Part shown: piece after piece, positions 33,741 through 35,234 of the stretch
Numbering within the stretch: position 1 is the first letter of the stretch
How the letters are laid out: the number at the start of each line of letters is the position of its first letter
IMG/VR virus record: IMGVR_UViG_3300020045_016362
Location: 1-35,234 of that record
Origin: a virus
Taxonomy: Duplodnaviria > Caudoviricetes
Strand: one strand, 5' to 3'
Length of the DNA stretch: 35,234 bases
Translations under genes and position numbers: made by a program
The notes under the pieces: generated by a model
Databases searched by the model: none
Told to the model about the DNA's origin: nothing
The model's input: the letters and a program-made list of their open reading frames with translations, nothing else

Positions 33741-35234
33741 TTAATTATACATTCTTTCGTCGTAATTTTGAGCTGATATTTTAATTTCATTATCAGATAT
33801 AGGCTCAATCTTCTTAACAATATATTCTTTAATTCCTATTTCTTCTGTTCCAACGATAACAGCTACATAATTAAGATTTAATAATGTTGCTACATCAAAC
33901 TCTATAATATCAAAATAAATTTTATTAGTCCAGTGTTTTTCTGTATTAATTATTTTAACATAATTATCTAAATTAGTATTCTCAGATCTAATAATACAAA
34001 AATTATCTTCTGTATCATTTAAATATATTTCTGTTTCTAATATTAAACTATTATCAGCTGTATTTATATCAATTACAGAAGAAGAAAAACTATCATTAAT
34101 ATAATACTCAGCTATTCCTATTTTATCGTCAATCTCAGGTATAAAACCTTCTAATTCAGTATAGAATTCAGCAAGTTTTACCTGGTATAACTTCTTGTTA
34201 TAACCCAGTTTAGCGTGAGTTGCTGCATCTTCATAATTAGTAATACCTATTAAAATATTCTCGTCAGGAGTCTCTCCATTTACAGGGTATATAACTGTTT
34301 GATTATCTCCATTTTCATCGATATATACAGAAGCGAAACTATCATTTTCTTCAATAGAAGAAAAATTATATGTTATTTTCAATGAATCTTTTTTAATATT
34401 ATTCTTATCAAAGATATACGTTAATACATTTCTTTTTTCGTCTTTTTTAATCTCATAACCTGTTATAGTAGGAATTAATGTATAATCTCTAGGTCTTAAT
34501 ACACTATTTAAAGCGTCAAATACAGATAGTTTTTCTTCAAACATACAGTTTATAGGTGTATATTGAGTAATTAATTCTGCTCCGCCTAATTCAAGATAAT
34601 CATAACCAGCTTTTCCCCATATGTATTTAATTGCATCTGCTAGAGTGTTAATGTTCTTTCTTTTAACTCTTAATCCTAATTTTAAATTATTTTGCTGAGA
34701 AAATATAGCACACGCTTTTAATCTAAAAATAACACACGTAGAGTCTGTATAATTTTGAATTTCATCTCTAGTTATAAAAGATTTAATTCTTTCAATGATA
34801 TATGTATTATTTATATTATCACCAGGATTAGATTTAACAGTATTATTATAAAATTCTATATAATAAGTTTTTCCAGTTGCTACTGTAATCTCTATAGTAT
34901 CACGAATAGGTGTTGAATACATAGACGTTCTAGTATAAAAACCGCTTGTATAGTTAACTCTGTTTCCTAACGCATCATAATAAAATAATCTATAGAAAAA
35001 ACTAATAGTAGCATTAACAGGTTCTCCTGTATCATTAACTCCATATAAACCGTTAGAAGCTACAACATCTATTTCTATTTTATCTATGTTTTCATCTTTA
35101 TTTAAACAAACCGCTTCAGTCAAAATATGGCTAGCCGTAGGATCAAAATCAAGCAAAGAAAAACTCTGTATATTTTCATTTTCATATGTTAAAAATCTAT
35201 ATTTGCTATCTGCTGTCTCTGCAAAAAATTTATC
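33741..35234 (-). CDS. C-terminal part of gpJ-like tail tip protein (continues from 1..808)
   Basis: IEIDVV..NGLY, F.TELEG...NYDERMY terminus; frame open to the window end. Confidence 0.85.
   Translation of the reverse strand, partial: DKFFAETADSKYRFLTYENENIQSFSLLDFDPTASHILTEAVCLNKDENIDKIEIDVVASNGLYGVNDTGEPVNATISFFYRLFYYDALGNRVNYTSGFYTRTSMYSTPIRDTIEITVATGKTYYIEFYNNTVKSNPGDNINNTYIIERIKSFITRDEIQNYTDSTCVIFRLKACAIFSQQNNLKLGLRVKRKNINTLADAIKYIWGKAGYDYLELGGAELITQYTPINCMFEEKLSVFDALNSVLRPRDYTLIPTITGYEIKKDEKRNVLTYIFDKNNIKKDSLKITYNFSSIEENDSFASVYIDENGDNQTVIYPVNGETPDENILIGITNYEDAATHAKLGYNKKLYQVKLAEFYTELEGFIPEIDDKIGIAEYYINDSFSSSVIDINTADNSLILETEIYLNDTEDNFCIIRSENTNLDNYVKIINTEKHWTNKIYFDIIEFDVATLLNLNYVAVIVGTEEIGIKEYIVKKIEPISDNEIKISAQNYDERMYN
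35114..35234. repeat. Terminal overlap identical to 1-121
   Basis: Exact 121-bp match. Confidence 0.95.

Noticed and set aside
35114-35234. 121-bp repeat as a physical terminal repeat
   Set aside because: It is exact, of k-mer-like length and falls inside a continuous gene, so an assembler overlap of a circular contig is the better explanation
1-35234. Alternative genetic code
   Set aside because: Core genes are full length and tightly packed under the standard bacterial code

Overview
Apparently complete, circularly assembled genome (35,113 bp plus a 121-bp assembly overlap) of a very AT-rich siphovirus-type phage of a diderm host. The tRNA-Ala sequence suggests Campylobacterota, but this is inference. 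The minus strand carries packaging, head, tail, putative fibre and lysis genes; the gpJ-like tail-tip gene spans the contig junction. A plus-strand early block (20.4-29.6 kb) sits between the holin candidates and the endolysin and holds small orphan genes, an SF3/DUF5906 helicase and a stand-alone TnpB. I recognise no integrase, repressor, sigma factor, antiterminator, primase or polymerase. The most unusual content is non-coding: (1) eight shuffled ~115-150 bp promoter/double-hairpin/GGAAGGTA cassettes in front of early genes; (2) a ~115-nt structured sRNA behind a perfect sigma70 promoter, whose C/U-rich single-stranded parts are complementary to those early ribosome-binding regions and to the clpP leader; (3) TnpB without a transposase, followed by a separately promoted and terminated structured ncRNA; (4) two copies of a ~273-bp iteron/AT-core origin-like element bracketing the head/tail-tube module; (5) a tRNA-Ala with a compensatory A19-U56 elbow swap and an encoded CCACCA end. 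Together these suggest an RNA-centred control system. All product calls are motif-based and made by eye.
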